This document shows positions 12,631-26,468 of a stretch of 64,000 nucleotides of DNA, one piece after another. The DNA is from Felis catus (taxonomy: Eukaryota): contig NC_058368.1 of assembly GCF_018350175.1 (NCBI RefSeq), positions 220,536,001 through 220,600,000 of the forward strand, written 5' to 3'. The stretch's first letter is position 1, and each line of letters starts with the position of its first letter. The position numbers were made by a program, and so were the translations under genes. Below the pieces are notes generated by a model, which was not told the DNA's origin, made no database searches, and was given only the letters and a program-made list of their open reading frames with translations.

Positions 12631-13959
12631 GACTTGAATATTATTCTTAACTAGTTTCCTATCACTTCAAATGTTCCTGAGGGAAATATAGGCACAAAAA
12701 ATAAGAGAATACATAACAGCTATTGGCTTAAGTTCAAATGAAAAAGTGAGGCTTTTCCTCCAAACCCAATACATAGGTAACTAAGGTCAAGAAATCCCTT
12801 TCACAGGTTAGAAGTAAGCCTAGAAGTAGAACAAATGCAATGTAATTTAATTAATCTGTTCCCTCTCTCACTTAGCTCCATACCCAGTCCCCAACTTCCC
12901 ACAATTTTTCCATTTAAGAAGAAGAAGTTAGTATAAGAACTTCTCCCAATGACTAGGGCAGAGTGTGTTTGACTGTCCACCCAGGCCTTCTTGCAATGAG
13001 AAAAGATAAGAAACTTGACATTTCTTACCCCTGCAACCTTATAGCAAGACATGGGTCAAAGTGCCAGACTCAAACTTTCTCTTCACATACGTCTTCCTAC
13101 CCTCACACCTTACTTGATCTGTATACTATATGTTATTCTTTGCATTGATCGTGATCCATCGAAAGGACAGGTAAAGAGAAAAGAAAATGGTAAAAAGGAT
13201 GGAGACATAAAATAAGCCATAGAACCATCCTGTAAGCCAACACTGCTCATTCTTTAATATACACTTACTTTATGCTTTAGCTCATACATTCAATGAAACA
13301 TTTTTATCTTGCATGTCTTCTCTGTGCAATTGACTATGATTTTGTCACATTTTTAAGATCCAATATATGGATAACTAAAATCTAAGACTTAAAATCTTTG
13401 GGGTATAAATAATGGAATACCTAACTCAGTTTCTTAAAAATGACAGTAGTGTAATCACCCATTTTTTATTATTTTTCTTAAGTAAAACTTAGAAACTATG
13501 GTTCCAATTCAACCAGGGAACTTCTATTTGTCTAAACTTTTTATTATAATTGAGATCAGTTATTATTGATCAGCATTGATCTTAAAATTTCTGCTCACAT
13601 AGCTTTGTATAATAACATCCCTTAAAATAGCAATTTAAACAGTAAGGGCATCTTTTCAAGATCAATGAACATGGCATTTCTGTAATTTTTTAAAATTTTA
13701 TTTTATTTCTTTTTTGACAGAGGTCTTAAAATGAAAATATAGAAATATAGAAATAACAGCATTTATATGAACAGAACTTACTCTTACATATTTATCAACA
13801 TTTAGCTGTATTGGGGGCATCCAGGGGGGAAGTATGCTTTTCTAGAGTTAATTTAGTGATTTAAAATTTTCTGCATTATAAAAGTAATTGGTAGTATCTT
13901 TGTTCCTTATAGACTTCTCTGTTGTAAAGAAAGAAAATTTTTATTAATATCTGTTAAGA

Positions 13960-14150
13960 GGGGCACCTGGGTGCCTCAGTCTGTTAAGCCTCCAACTTTT
14001 GATTTTGGCTCAGTTCATGATCTCATAATTCATGGGATTGAGCCCCACATTGGGCTCTGTGCTGTCAGTGTAGAATCCTTGCTTGTGATTCTCTCTCTCC
14101 TCTCTCTCTTCCCCTTCCCTGTTCTCTCTCCCTCTCAAAATAAAAAATAC
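13960..14150 (+). mobile_element. CAN-SINE (older)
   Basis: 'ggggcacctgggtgcctcagtctgttaag' head, CT body, A tail; degenerate TSD atatctgttaaga / atatatgctaaga. Confidence 0.92.
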
Positions 14151-15060
14151 ATATATATATGCTAAGAAAAAGTTCATCACAATGTTTAAGAAGAACTTAA
14201 TCTGACATAGGGTCAGATAAAATGTGGATACATCTATACAGTTGGTAAATATGACCTTTGTTGTGAATGACAGAATAAAGAAGGAATCAATTCAGGAGAA
14301 AGTCTAGTTAAGGACAGATTGAAAATACGAAGACTTAGTCAAATTGAAGTTTAAGCACACTAAAGCTTAAATGAAAAGCAATTTTCACAACTCAGTAGCA
14401 ATTTTCCCTATCACTTTCAAATTAAGTCAAAATCTCTATTTTCATGTCTTTTTCAAGCTTACCAATATTCTCTTTTATGAGCCTAGATAATACTCAATAA
14501 ACTTCTGCGCTCCCCATTATGTTTACTATTCTAATGGGATGATTTATTGTTTTATTGAATTTTTAATTTTAATACCTGGTTTACTTGACTATACATAAAT
14601 TAGTGCGAATGTAGCATTTATTACACAAGCATTAATAATACATGTTACTAGCGTTTCAAGAATGGAAACGATACACTGGAAAATAAAACTAATTGTTGAG
14701 ATGGTAGGAATATCAACGAAAATTAGAGTAAAATGCTATAATGCAATTTTTTCCTAGTGTATTTTTTGAATTAAGGAGAACAGTATATATTTTCAAAGAT
14801 TCTGTATATTATCCATAAGCCAAATCGGAATTTGGTAAAGAAATGATGTTTCTTAGTATCATTAGAAGAATGACCTCAGAATAGTGTGAATATAATTGGT
14901 TTAAAAGGTAAAAAAAAAAAGAAAAAAAAGCTGAATAAAACTCTCTTACCAATAGCAGGACTATTATCAAGGTTCATTTACTAATTCTATTAAAGTCTCA
15001 TTTACAATTAAATTTTTATTGTTTTAACAAAAAAGACCATCTAAAACAAAACATCTAAAC

Positions 15061-15316
15061 CATTGTCAATTTTAGCACTGTTTCTATTTTGGACCAGAGA
15101 ATTCTTAGTTGTGGGGCTGCCCTCTGCATGCTAGCGTGCTTAGCAGCCCTTATATCTACAGGCTAGATTCCAGCAGCATCCACCCTGTTTGTGGTAGTTT
15201 GAAACATCTCCAGATATTGCAAGCTGTCCTCTGGCATGTTTCCGTGTGGCTGTGTGTGGGCGTGTGAATGTGTGTGTGCACACACAGGTAGGTGTTGCCT
15301 TGGCTTGAGAATAATG
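15061..15316 (-). mobile_element. MER20 (hAT-Charlie non-autonomous DNA transposon)
   Basis: 'agcactgtttctattttggaccagagaattcttagttgtggggctgccct...aaacatctccagatattgc'; flanking 8-mers atctaaac / atctgaag resemble a hAT TSD. Confidence 0.75.
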
Positions 15317-16330
15317 ATCTGAAGTTGTAAATTATAAAATACAAAATATAAAAAACAACTGCATTTTATGATCTTCATAAGTCACATTTCCAAATATTCA
15401 CCAAATGTTTACACTCTATTCTCAATGTAAAGAAGTCTACATTCATAATTGAATCCATTTTGCTATATTTTACAAAGGGAATAATAGCTTGTAGTGAGTG
15501 CAATGTGTACTAAGGATCAAGTTTCAGGACAGGGAAGTAGCCGGAACCATAAAAATGTTGGGCGTGATAACATGGTAATATTATGTCAAATGTAGTAGAA
15601 AGAAAAATAATTGTAGATGACATCTATAAGGCTATTGTTTCATAGATGCCTTCCATAATTTATTATTTGGAGAGCTGACAAAGATCAAACAAGCATAAAC
15701 AGAAAAGCTATGTTTTTTATATCAGCATGATTATAGGAGATATAATATACAAATTACAAACAATAGATATCAATACCAAAAAAAAACATTTTCAAGGCAG
15801 ATATAATTTTCTTCTAAAGAGATAAAGATTACATAAAAGTAAAAAGAATAATAAACTATCCCTTATAACATGGCTGAGCAGTCATAATTATACTATATCA
15901 CTTCAAATTAAAAAATCCAAAATTTTCTTGTTTCTTTCTTGTTTGTCTGTTCAGTTACCAACCTGCTTGAGAAAGACATATGGCAGAAATTTTTAAAAAG
16001 GTCAACAGAGTGGGTGGAGAACATAGTTTTCCATAACAGCAGAAATGTATAATTCCTGATACCACCTGGTACACACTTAAGTTTTCTTTTTTAAAAATGT
16101 ATTTTTCTACAAAAGAACAAAAACAAAAACAAGTAAGAGTTACTCTTATCAATATAAGTTATATATAGGTTACTCAATATCAATTCTTCACCTTTCACCT
16201 GCCTTTCTTACTACCTGACACATAGAAAAGTCTCAATAACTACTGTAAATCCCCTCCCTTCTCTTTGACCCAACACCTTTATCTGTTGTTTATTTTTATC
16301 TCTATTTGATGGTTTAGGAATCCAAATAAA

Positions 16331-16332
16331 AT

Positions 16333-16378
<46 letters not shown>
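16331..16378. repeat. (ATTT)n microsatellite
   Basis: Direct reading. Confidence 0.95.
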
Positions 16379-16380
<2 letters not shown>

Positions 16381-17050
16381 AATAAATCCTATTCCTTCTA
16401 GATTCTGTGTCTACATTCCAGGGTCATACTGCCATTGATGTCAGGACTCTGGTCCCATGTGCTAAGCACTTTATTGTTATAGCATATGCTTTCAGTGTTA
16501 AGCAGTAATTCCCTCTTAGAGGTTGACACATTCATCACTCAATTTCTTGGAAGAATTGCTGTTAATGGCTTACAGCCGCAGTCCTCACAAGTAATCACTT
16601 TCCTCCAAAGTGACACCTTCTCTCCAGGGTTACTCACACCCACTGACAGCTTTGTGTGGGAATACAAAGTTCCAGCCCTATAATTCAATTTGTAGCAGGC
16701 TCTGAGGGGCTACTCCAACTCTAGAGCTCCTTGTATTGACTGAGGCCTCAATTACAACTGCAAATGAGCTTCTTCCTCTGCCCAATCCTACGTGTCAGGC
16801 TCATCACCCAAGAAAAGTCCTTCTTAAATCTTCTATGTACAGTTTCCTGTTGGATAGATGAGGTAGAGAAATAGGTTTGTGACTTAATCTTAAGAGAAAC
16901 AAAGATTTAAAGAAAAATGAATTGTTAGCCCAGTAGGATACCTCTGCCAGCCTAGGGCTGTATTGATGTTAAGAGTATGACCCTAAGACTTGTGAAGAAA
17001 ATATCTGTACAGATGCAAGAAATAAATTAAGCTCTCATATTTCTCTAAAC

Positions 17051-17273
17051 CAAGTTTTCTCAACTTTAGCACTACTGATGTTTTGACTTTTTGATACTTA
17101 GTTGTGGAAGGGCTGAACTGTACCATGTAGGATATTTAGCAACATCCCTGGTCTCTACCCACTAGAGGCCAACAGCATCTCCTCTTCCCAGGCATGATAA
17201 TTAAAAATGTCTCCAGGCATACCCAAGTGTGCCCTCCTGGGGTATGGCAAATTGCTCCTGGTTGAGAACCACC
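17051..17273 (-). mobile_element. MER20 nested in ERV-L #2
   Basis: 'ttctcaactttagcactactgatg...gtaggatatttagcaacatccctggtctctacccactaga...aaaaatgtctccag...ggttgagaaccac'. Confidence 0.88.
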
Positions 17274-17473
17274 TTTTTATACTTTTTGGACCCTAGCTGT
17301 GAGTTATGGTATTCTATTTGCGTTTATTAAATGATACTGCCTACTTTCTGCAAGACCCTGCAGAAATTTCAAGAGGAGGAAATTCCTTACAAACCACTGT
17401 TCATCTTCAGGAGTTATACCAATTTCCTCTCTGGCAACCAAACCAACATACCTTGACTGTAGAGGTGTGGGGA

Positions 17474-17486
17474 AGAAAGAAAGAAA

Positions 17487-17554
<68 letters not shown>

Positions 17555-17622
17555 AGAAAATAGAAAAGAAAGAAAAGAAAAGAAAAGAAAAAAGAAAAGA
17601 AAAGAAAAAAGAAAAGGAAAAA
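17474..17622. repeat. (GAAA)n / A-rich purine tract within ERV-L #2
   Basis: Direct reading. Confidence 0.95.
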
Positions 17623-20230
17623 GGGCTATATGTGGAGAAGCTGAAGGATCTGGCTAACATGTGTCAGCAAAGGCCAAGGGAGATTTTATGGGATGATTTA
17701 TTGAAGATGATGTATAAAGGGGAGAAACATAAAGTCAGATATGTAGAAGGTAAATATTATAAACATTCAGGACCCTGCCATAATAGTGTAGTTTTTCAGG
17801 GTTAAGTGAAATGAGACATTAGTGGGCATTCTTTCCCACAAGTGAGAATGAAATAGGCACTGCATGGTATACCTTTTCAGGTTCAGGAAACACAATATTT
17901 CACTCTTGGGATCATGGGATCAAACAGAAAGCTACATTTTTGCATATGGCCTAGAGAAGGAAAGGGCTCAAAGTCTGCCCAATCCATCACTCTACACCTT
18001 AGGCTATCTGGCCCACCAGACACTGTGATATAAGAAATATCTTTGGATTTAATGTGCAGTTAGTATCAATCACCAATAAGAGAATAACAATGTAGTACCT
18101 TGGGATATTAGAGCAAAGTCATGTAAAGTGAAGCATAGAACTATACACATCAGAAAAGTAGTTCATGGCATGCTGCTGAAATGGAGCTTCTAATCATGGA
18201 AACTAAGTGACCATGTAGCTAGAGTTGTTATTTATATTTGATCCATGAAATAAAATGGACCAATCAAATAGCCATCTATGACAAGACAAAAGTATATCCA
18301 GGATCATGAGAAAAGTCAAAATATTCAAGTATGAGCCAAAAGTAGACAAGTGTCTCACTAGAGTTCCCTCACCCCTCCTTCTTCTTCAGGAGACTAGGAA
18401 GAGAAAGTCTCTCTAATGAAGAGCTTTGGAAAATGCACTTGGACATTCACTTTGTGCAGAAAGAAATGTGATGTAAGAAAAGAATATATCTGGGCTCACA
18501 GGAAGTGGCAGAGGCCTATCATATTGAACACAGACATGAAAGGAGAAAAGTTGGAAGATTACTGATATCATTTCTGAGAAAGAGACAGGTATATGGAGTG
18601 GACATACAATATGAAGATCTTTGAATCATGTTTGACACCATTAGGAAGTATCTGCAAATAACAGTCAAGGAGATACAAGACTCACCCCACTGACTACAGT
18701 CACTGCTGTCACTGGCCACCTCAAGTGCTGAAACAATGGGCACATAAATGGACAAACTATGGTGGCAGAGACAGATGGTATGCAAAGGCATAATGTATGG
18801 GTTGCCAATTGTCTAATCAGCAACAGGGACCAATATCAAGCTTCCACTATGAAACCATCCTTCAAGGAAAATGTACAGTCATTTAAATGTACATGACTTC
18901 TATTCTAAAGCAACATCAATTCACCTGGACTGGAATTAACATATATACCTAGAATAGGTTTTCTTTCTTACCCACAGGGCCACGACCAGAATAACCATAA
19001 GACTACTTAAAGTCTTTAATCCACTGGCACAAGATCCCATATAACATTGCCTAGGGATAAGAGATCCAGTTTTTATTAAAGGATCAGTGGCAACTGGCCA
19101 TGACCATGGGATCCATGAGTTTTACCCTATCGATCCACCCAGAAATTGCCAGCCTTATGGAATAGAGGAAACAAACTCTTATAGATACAGTTGAGACATG
19201 AGATAGACATTGATTGCTGGTATTGGGGGTACCATCCTCCAGGATATAGAATATACCCTAAATCAGCAAATAGTATATGTCTCAGTACATACAAGCAGTA
19301 CAATATAGAGGTATGGGAAACAAGAAATGCAAGAAATATAGGCTATGCTTTCCAGACCTCCCAGGTACCCACTTCAGTTATTTGTGCTTTCACTCCTTAA
19401 TTTGGGCTCTGTGAGATAAGGGGTCTTGATTCCCAAAAAGCTAACGCTTCACCCAAGATATACAGCAGGAGTTTCATAGAGTTTTAAGTTACATCTTCTG
19501 CTCTGTCAGTTCAGGCTCTTCATTCCAAAAGACCAGCAGATAATAAAAAATTTGCCTTTACTGATGTGGGTAATTAATCCTGGTCATAAGAAAAAGGTAA
19601 CATTAATATTATATAATAGGAGCAAAGAAGAATAGGTTTTGGGCTCAAGTGATGTCCCAAACCAATGAATCTCAATGAATTAGGTGATACAAATTTTTAA
19701 GGATAAATGGATGTGACAGGAGATACTCTTTGAGAAAGGCATGAGATCAAGTAATTTGTGACCCTTAGGGATAAATTCTGGGTTTTCTCCACCAAGCAAA
19801 CTTCCTAGACAAGCAGAAATGTTAGCAGAGTTTGAGAATTCTTGAGAAAGAAGTGAGGAGGAGTTGGTCCATCTCAGTTACATTCCAGAGTTCACCTGCA
19901 GAAGTAGAGACTGTAGTTACCCCCGCCCCCGCCTGCCCACTAACCTGTCTCTTATTAGTGCTCCAGGAAACAAGAATAACCAGAATTCAGAAATGTTATT
20001 TCCAGATGGAGTACAATTGATTAAAAAAATCATGTGGATCTTAGTGGCACAGGTATTCATTCACACTATTGGACACAATGGTTTTCCATCTGTATCCCCT
20101 CTTCAAATGTAACTCATGTCCTTGAACCTGGAGTCATGGGCTGCAAATGGCTCAAAGCTGCCTTTTCACTGGGAATTGTCCTCTGACAGAAGAAATTGCC
20201 TTATAAAAGCATAAACTCTCCTCTGTGGCA

Positions 20231-20775
20231 TGTTGGTGGTCCTCAGGACCACACCCAAGTTTGAGGATTCATTAAGAAGACTCATAGGACTCAGCATGGA
20301 GTCCTACCCACAGAGATAACTTATTATAAGAAAAGAATTCAAGGCAAAATCAGCAAAGGGAAAAGGCACATAGGGCAAAGTCCAGAGGAAACCAGACATT
20401 CTAAAAGTCCTTGGCCAGAGGTCACAGAGAAAGTGCTCACTTAATTCCCCCAGCAAGAAGTTATGACAACATGTATAAAATGTTGTCCACCCAGGAGGCA
20501 CATAAGAAATCAAGGGCCCAGGGTTTTTACTGGGGATTGATCACGTAGGCACCCTCTGCTTGGCCCATACCAAAATTCCAAACTCCCCAAAGAACAGCTG
20601 GGATTCAGCATAAATCATATTGCCTACATAGTTTAGGCTCAGTGAACTACTTGTATCAGAATGGTGGAAGCTGCCCTGAAATCCAGGTTCCTAGATGTCA
20701 AAGGCTGAAGGTTCAGTCAAAGGCAGGCCATTGAGAAAAACAATCAAGCCTCTGTTATGTTAATGCTTTTCTGCA
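20231..20775 (-). mobile_element. MER68-like LTR nested in the 3' LTR of ERV-L #2
   Basis: Reverse strand begins 'tgcagaaaagcattaacataacagaggc' and ends 'gggtgtggtcctgaggaccaccaaca'; LTR16-like text is present on both sides. Confidence 0.8.
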
Positions 20776-22907
20776 GGGGGCAGGGGAGCTTGCTGCTGGG
20801 ATGAACTGATGCAGAGATACAAAGGGCTAGCCTCCTTGCCCCAATTTAGGACATCTTAGAAAAGGCACCTTAGCACAGGATCAGCCAGGTGGCCTTCTGG
20901 CTATGTCACCCACATTTCACACCTTCCCCATTTTTTCACAGAGCTACTCAGACCTCTTCCCAATAAAACTGCGCATGCAGGTCCTCTATCTTAGAGTCAA
21001 TTTTGAGGCATCCTAATCTAAAGTAACCATCCTATTACTAGTCATGACCCAAGGTAGCAGTGTCTGAATAGTAGATGGAGTCTGGTGACTCTCAAATATT
21101 AAGGTCTTATGATGTAGTAAATTATGCCTTTTATTACTAAAAAAAGCAACCCAGAAGGTCCAATTTTAAGCACAAAGTTATGCTTTAAATATAAAATGAA
21201 AATAGCTACAACCTCAATAGATGCTAAGAGTAAATAAGAAACTTAATTTGTTCTAGACTCAGGAGTCATAATAGCAGAGAAATGGAAGGAGGACTTAGCA
21301 GACTGTTAGTAAAATACAAGCACGAGCACATACACACATGCATTCACACACACGTGCACATACACATACAACACACATTCCTGTTATATTCTATGTACTT
21401 TCCTTGATATTGAATGGATTAAATGGACATGCATAGCAGTCTTTGGCACTCTGGAACTTTAGAGCTGCCATATAAAATTCTAGTTGATTCTGATTCTCAA
21501 TGACTGTCTCTACTTTGTGCAGAGCACTAATAATAATACATCTCTGTGTGAATAAGAAATATTTAGGCTATTTTACTAGGTAGGGCCAGTGAAAGAATTT
21601 GAGATCTTCAACTATTTGATAAAGGAATCATCAACATAATCGTTTTAAATGTTCCTAATTTTCTCGCTCTAAAAATGTCTGTCGTTGAATACAAATTGAG
21701 CCTGTGCTGTCTTCCAAGTCCTGCAGAGTTTAGTATATGATCACTTGATAACTTTAGTACTAATCAGGATAATGATTTGTCCCTTAGCTGTACCGTAGGT
21801 GCAGGTCCATTATCAAGCTGAATATAATGGAACTAACTTTTCCTTGGCAAAATCAGCCTCATTATCTGAATAATATTTGAAATACCACTCATTTGGTGGT
21901 ACATTACCTATGGCCACTTGCATGCTTTCCTGGAGCCCTCTATGACATTTACTGTATTATTCATAAGACTTGAAACATACGTTCTTTCCACCCATCTAGA
22001 GCATCTGAAGTCACTGTATCATTCCCAATGCTTGTGATGTGTTCTGCCAACGACTAAGGGTTTGTTTTGAACTCATGAGAAATGACTATTAATTCCTCAA
22101 ATACCAATTTAAATGAGCATTTCACATAATTTGGGGAAAATCTAAGGTTGCATTTCATTGCTTTGAAGGCTCAGGAAAGGGTTTTTATATCTTCACTTCT
22201 ATAAACATTCCTCTTCTAGTTCTCATAGAAAGTTCCTGAATGTATCCTTATCGATTCTGCATGTTTTACATTCATTCCTTTATCTTAGTGGAGAAGCTTG
22301 GATCTAAATTTCCCAGAATCCCTAACTCGTAAGGTTCCAGTTTTGATTCTTCTGTTGAGAACGTGTCCTGTAAGATTTGGAAGTTGGAAGAGAATCCTAA
22401 GCAATCATTCAACAGCAGAAGCTGAGAACAGGCCCAAGAATATTGTTGACAGCCAATTTGGGGCATTACCAAAATTCCCTGCTGTCCTCAGGACTCTTTT
22501 CAATGTGTCAGGAAGCTGAAATCCTTAAAGACAGGTTGTCTTTACCTCTTGTATTTGCTCAGAGCCTCTCACACCTTCAATACTTCGGGTCTTCCAATGA
22601 TTGTGGAAGCCACTAATTACCATATCTGTGATTTGTGTGAGACTACTGGACAATGAGGAGGAAGCTAATCATTATAATTATGGTTTATGAGAATCAGTAT
22701 TTAGTTATAGAGAGATACATTTACTCTTAGAGAAGAAAAATATATTGAAGTTTTAAAACTGAAATTGAAATATATGTGCTGTATTTTACAGGTTAAAAAT
22801 GCAAACATTATACTGTACCATAAAGTGAAACAAAAGAGATCAAGAATTTATTTTTAAAACTTGGAAATTGAGATCAGACACTAAAAGTTATCAAGTTAAC
22901 ATATACT

Positions 22908-23007
22908 ATATATATATATACACATTATATACACATTATATATATATATATACACATTATATATATATACATACACATTATACACACACACACATACACA
23001 TACACAT

Positions 23008-23038
<31 letters not shown>

Positions 23039-23048
23039 CACAAACACA
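22908..23048. repeat. (TA)n/(CA)n compound microsatellite
   Basis: Direct reading. Confidence 0.95.
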
Positions 23049-23547
23049 CCAATTTATGTCCATGAAAACTGGCATTTTGTAATTCTTATCTCATCAATAA
23101 CAACCAAAGATTCAAAAAACTTTGAAATTATATATACTGAATTTTATTTTAAAATTTTATATGTGTCTTGGCAGGAATTCACCTTGAAGTAGAAACCATC
23201 TGCAGAAAGAATGAGTCATTTTGTACATTTTAATTGAAATTTTTGGATTAATTTTTTCTATAATTAATATTTATGTATGAAACCTAAATTGTAAGGTGTT
23301 ATGTTATTTCTGATCATATCTGTATAATCACTACTTTGATGGTAGTGAAATAATCTTTCCAAAAAATATATTTTTTCAGCTACTTTATCATAATGGTAGA
23401 ACTAGATTGTTAAGACTATTAAAACTTACAGTGTGAATGGATATTCTTATAAAAATTTTAAATATTTCTCTTATCTCCTTGCCACACAAATAGGTTAAAT
23501 AGGTCAAAGAACTTTTTTATTTACTAATTTTTTTTAAATATCCAGTC

Positions 23548-23895
23548 CAGTTTTGAAGTTGGATGGCAGTGATGGTTGTAGAACATTGTGAATGTATTTT
23601 TTTTTTTAACATTTATTTATTTTTGAGACAGAGAGAGACAGAGCATGAATGTGGGAGGGTCAGAGAGAGGGAGACACAGAATCTGAAACAGGCTCCAGGC
23701 TCTGAGCTGTCAGCACAGAGCCCGACGCGGGGCTTGAACTCACGGACCGCAAGATCATGCCCTGAGCCGAAGTCGGCTGCTTAACCGACTGAGCCACCCA
23801 GGCGCCCCATGAATGTACTTAATACCACAGAACTTACACTGAAAATGGTTAAAATAGTAAATTTTGTTTTATGTTTATTTTGCCACAATAAAAAC
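23548..23895 (+). mobile_element. Short L1MB-like 3' end interrupted by a SINE
   Basis: 'ggatggcagtgatggttgtagaacattgtgaatgta[SINE]cttaataccacagaact...aaaatggttaaaatagtaaatttt...caataaaaa'; same type as the 3' end at 46.6 kb. Confidence 0.8.
23597..23808 (-). mobile_element. Felid CAN-SINE
   Basis: Ends 'gagccacccaggcgcccc'; TSD tgaatgta (23589-23596 / 23810-23817). Confidence 0.96.
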
Positions 23896-26427
23896 AGAAG
23901 ACGAAAAAGTATTGTAGCATGCATTGTTACTTAACGTTTCAGGCGTCATCCTTCGTTTGCTTTTCTTCAGCAGTGGTCATATTATATTTGCTTTCAGATA
24001 GGGTTGAAGCACAAAAGTAAATACATATTTTTTAGTAGGTAAAATGAAAAATTAGAGAGAAGTCACCATAAATATTTATGTACAATAAAAGTCAACTGAA
24101 TCATGACAGACCACTTTATATTTTAATGTAGGCAATGAATGAGCTGAATTTAGACATAAGCTATGAGAAAAATGGGTGACTTAATCATTTAAATAGGAAG
24201 AAAGGGAATTATAAGAATTTATAATGTGGAATCAGTCCTGTCCGGAAGAGTAGATGGGAAAAATAGGACAGGAGCTCAGTTTAGTAGTGGCAATCGTATG
24301 TTCTACTTCCAGAGAAAATCTTTTCTTGGTTTAGTGGTTTTGGGGCATCCAAGCCAGATATATCTATTGCCAGTCTGTTTCCTAAGGAAAAGCATTTCTA
24401 TACGCTTCACTTCACTCTTCAGTTTTCACAGAGGTTCCAGTCAGTCTTCCAACAGATATAAGGGAAGCCAAAGGAGTAGTCTGACATACACGAAGGCCAA
24501 CAACTGCTGACCCCAGGATCCCATAAACTTCCCATAAACTTGGTACTGTACCACATACTCCACCAACTGGGACTTGTTATCTTAATGTATTTTCTAAAGA
24601 GTGAATAATCTTGTCCAAGTAGTTAACTTATATAGGGACATTTCCTTCTGTGGGCATTGACCTCATCCCACTTGATTTCCAAGAAAAAGGTAGGTTTCTT
24701 TCTGAGAACAGCTGAAATCAATGACTGTAGTGTCCAAACCAATCTAAAAAACTTTTGGTGTGTGTTTGTTTTTATAAATTTTGAAGTATACTTTCTCTGA
24801 AACTACGAGGTCTCTAGAACTGTTAATTGTGAAAGGAACTTGCTTGCAGCTTTAACAATTAGAAATTCTTCTCAAATAAAATGTGTATTGTCTCAAAAAA
24901 GAGAGGCAGAACACTTGGAAATTACCCACAATCCACCTGGCCCTTTACTAAAATCGGTAAGCATTTAAAGATCAAGAACATAGAGAAGTTATGTTAACTT
25001 CGTAAAAAGGGAGATTGGTGAAAAAGACAGGAAGCTTTTCTTCCTTTCTGTTTGGAAACATTTAAATTAGCACTAGAAATATTTATATCTTGAAGGTTTG
25101 ATAGAGGCACTTGTGAAAAATCAGTCTTGTTTTATTTTGGAGAGGAACTGTTTGACAGCTTTCTCAAATCCTACCATGATAATTGGTTTGTTTACATTTT
25201 ATATTCTCCTGGTAATTTATATTTTCTGAGAATTTGAAGTCAATTTTCAGATTTATTTGAATAGAGTTGAGTAAAATATTGTCCTATAATTAGTTCCCTC
25301 ATATGGTTATGTGATTATTCTCTTGTTTGATTAGATTAGCTAGAAGTTTGTCTATTTAATTGGTTTCTTACAAAGCACCAGCTATTGAATTTATTTATCA
25401 ATGCTAGCATTTTTATTTTCCAATTGTTAATATACATTTATCTTAATTAATTATAAATTAGTATCTTTTAGTGTCTTATTTTGCTCTTTTCCCAAATTCT
25501 TTAGTTAGGCACATCATTTACTTCTTTAAAGTCTTCATTCTTTAATTTACGTGAGTACTTGAGAATGGAAATTAATGTTCAGTGTTAAATATATCTCCAA
25601 GGAGTTTTTTATATTTTTAATGAAATGTATTGAGGAATAATTTATGTATAATAAAATGCAAATATTTAAAATGTCATTCAATGAATGATACTGATGTATG
25701 CGCTGCAAAACTAACAATGTAAATAATATACAGACTATTTTCACCTGCAAATATTCAATGTGTCTCTTCACAGTATATCCATCCCTTTGTCTTAGGCCCC
25801 AGACATCCAATAATCGGCCTTCTGTCATTATAATTTGCTTATTCTAGAATTTTATATGAATGAAGTCATATAATTTGTATTCTTTTTCATCTGAGATATC
25901 TCATTTGGCCTAACAATTTTCAGTTTTATCCATGTTGTTGTATGTATCAGCATTTTTTTTGAAGCTGAGTATTATTCCATTATATGTTTATTCATTCACC
26001 TATTGAGGGGTTTTAGGGTTGTTTCCACTTTGGGCTTTTACAAATAAGTCTGCTATGACATACTTGCTCATGTCTTTTTTTACGGATATATGCTTTTATT
26101 TCTCTTAGGTGAATACTGAGATGTGAAATGGCTGCATATTGTCAGGCTTTGCTTAACTCTTTTAGAAACTGCTAACTGTTTTTCAAAGTAGTTGTATCAT
26201 TTTACATTCCCACCAGCAGTTTGTGAGATATCCAGTTTAGGGAGCTGTTCTAACCATATTTGGCATTCTAAGTTTTATGAATTTATATTTTTTATGGATA
26301 TGTAGTGCTGTTTCATTTGTGGTTTTAATATACATTTTCCTAATGACTGTCTCAAATGTCCTGCCAGGTGACTGGAGATTATTTGACATTTGTACATCTT
26401 TTATGCTGAAGTATCTTTTCAAACCTC

Positions 26428-26428
<1 letters not shown>

Positions 26429-26464
<36 letters not shown>
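26429..26464. repeat. (TG)n microsatellite
   Basis: Direct reading. Confidence 0.97.

Positions 26465-26468
<4 letters not shown>

Larger units (their letters stand above)
16439..21025 (+). mobile_element. Decayed ERV-L provirus #2 (LTR16-type LTRs), internally deleted
   Basis: 5' LTR ~16439-16850 ('ctctgaggggctactccaactctagagctcc...ttcctctgcccaatcct'); integrase remnants LIHWHKIPYNIA (~19016) and GHDHGIH (~19096); 3' LTR ~20060-21025 with 'cccaataaaactgcgcatgcagg...atcttagagtc'. Confidence 0.8.
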
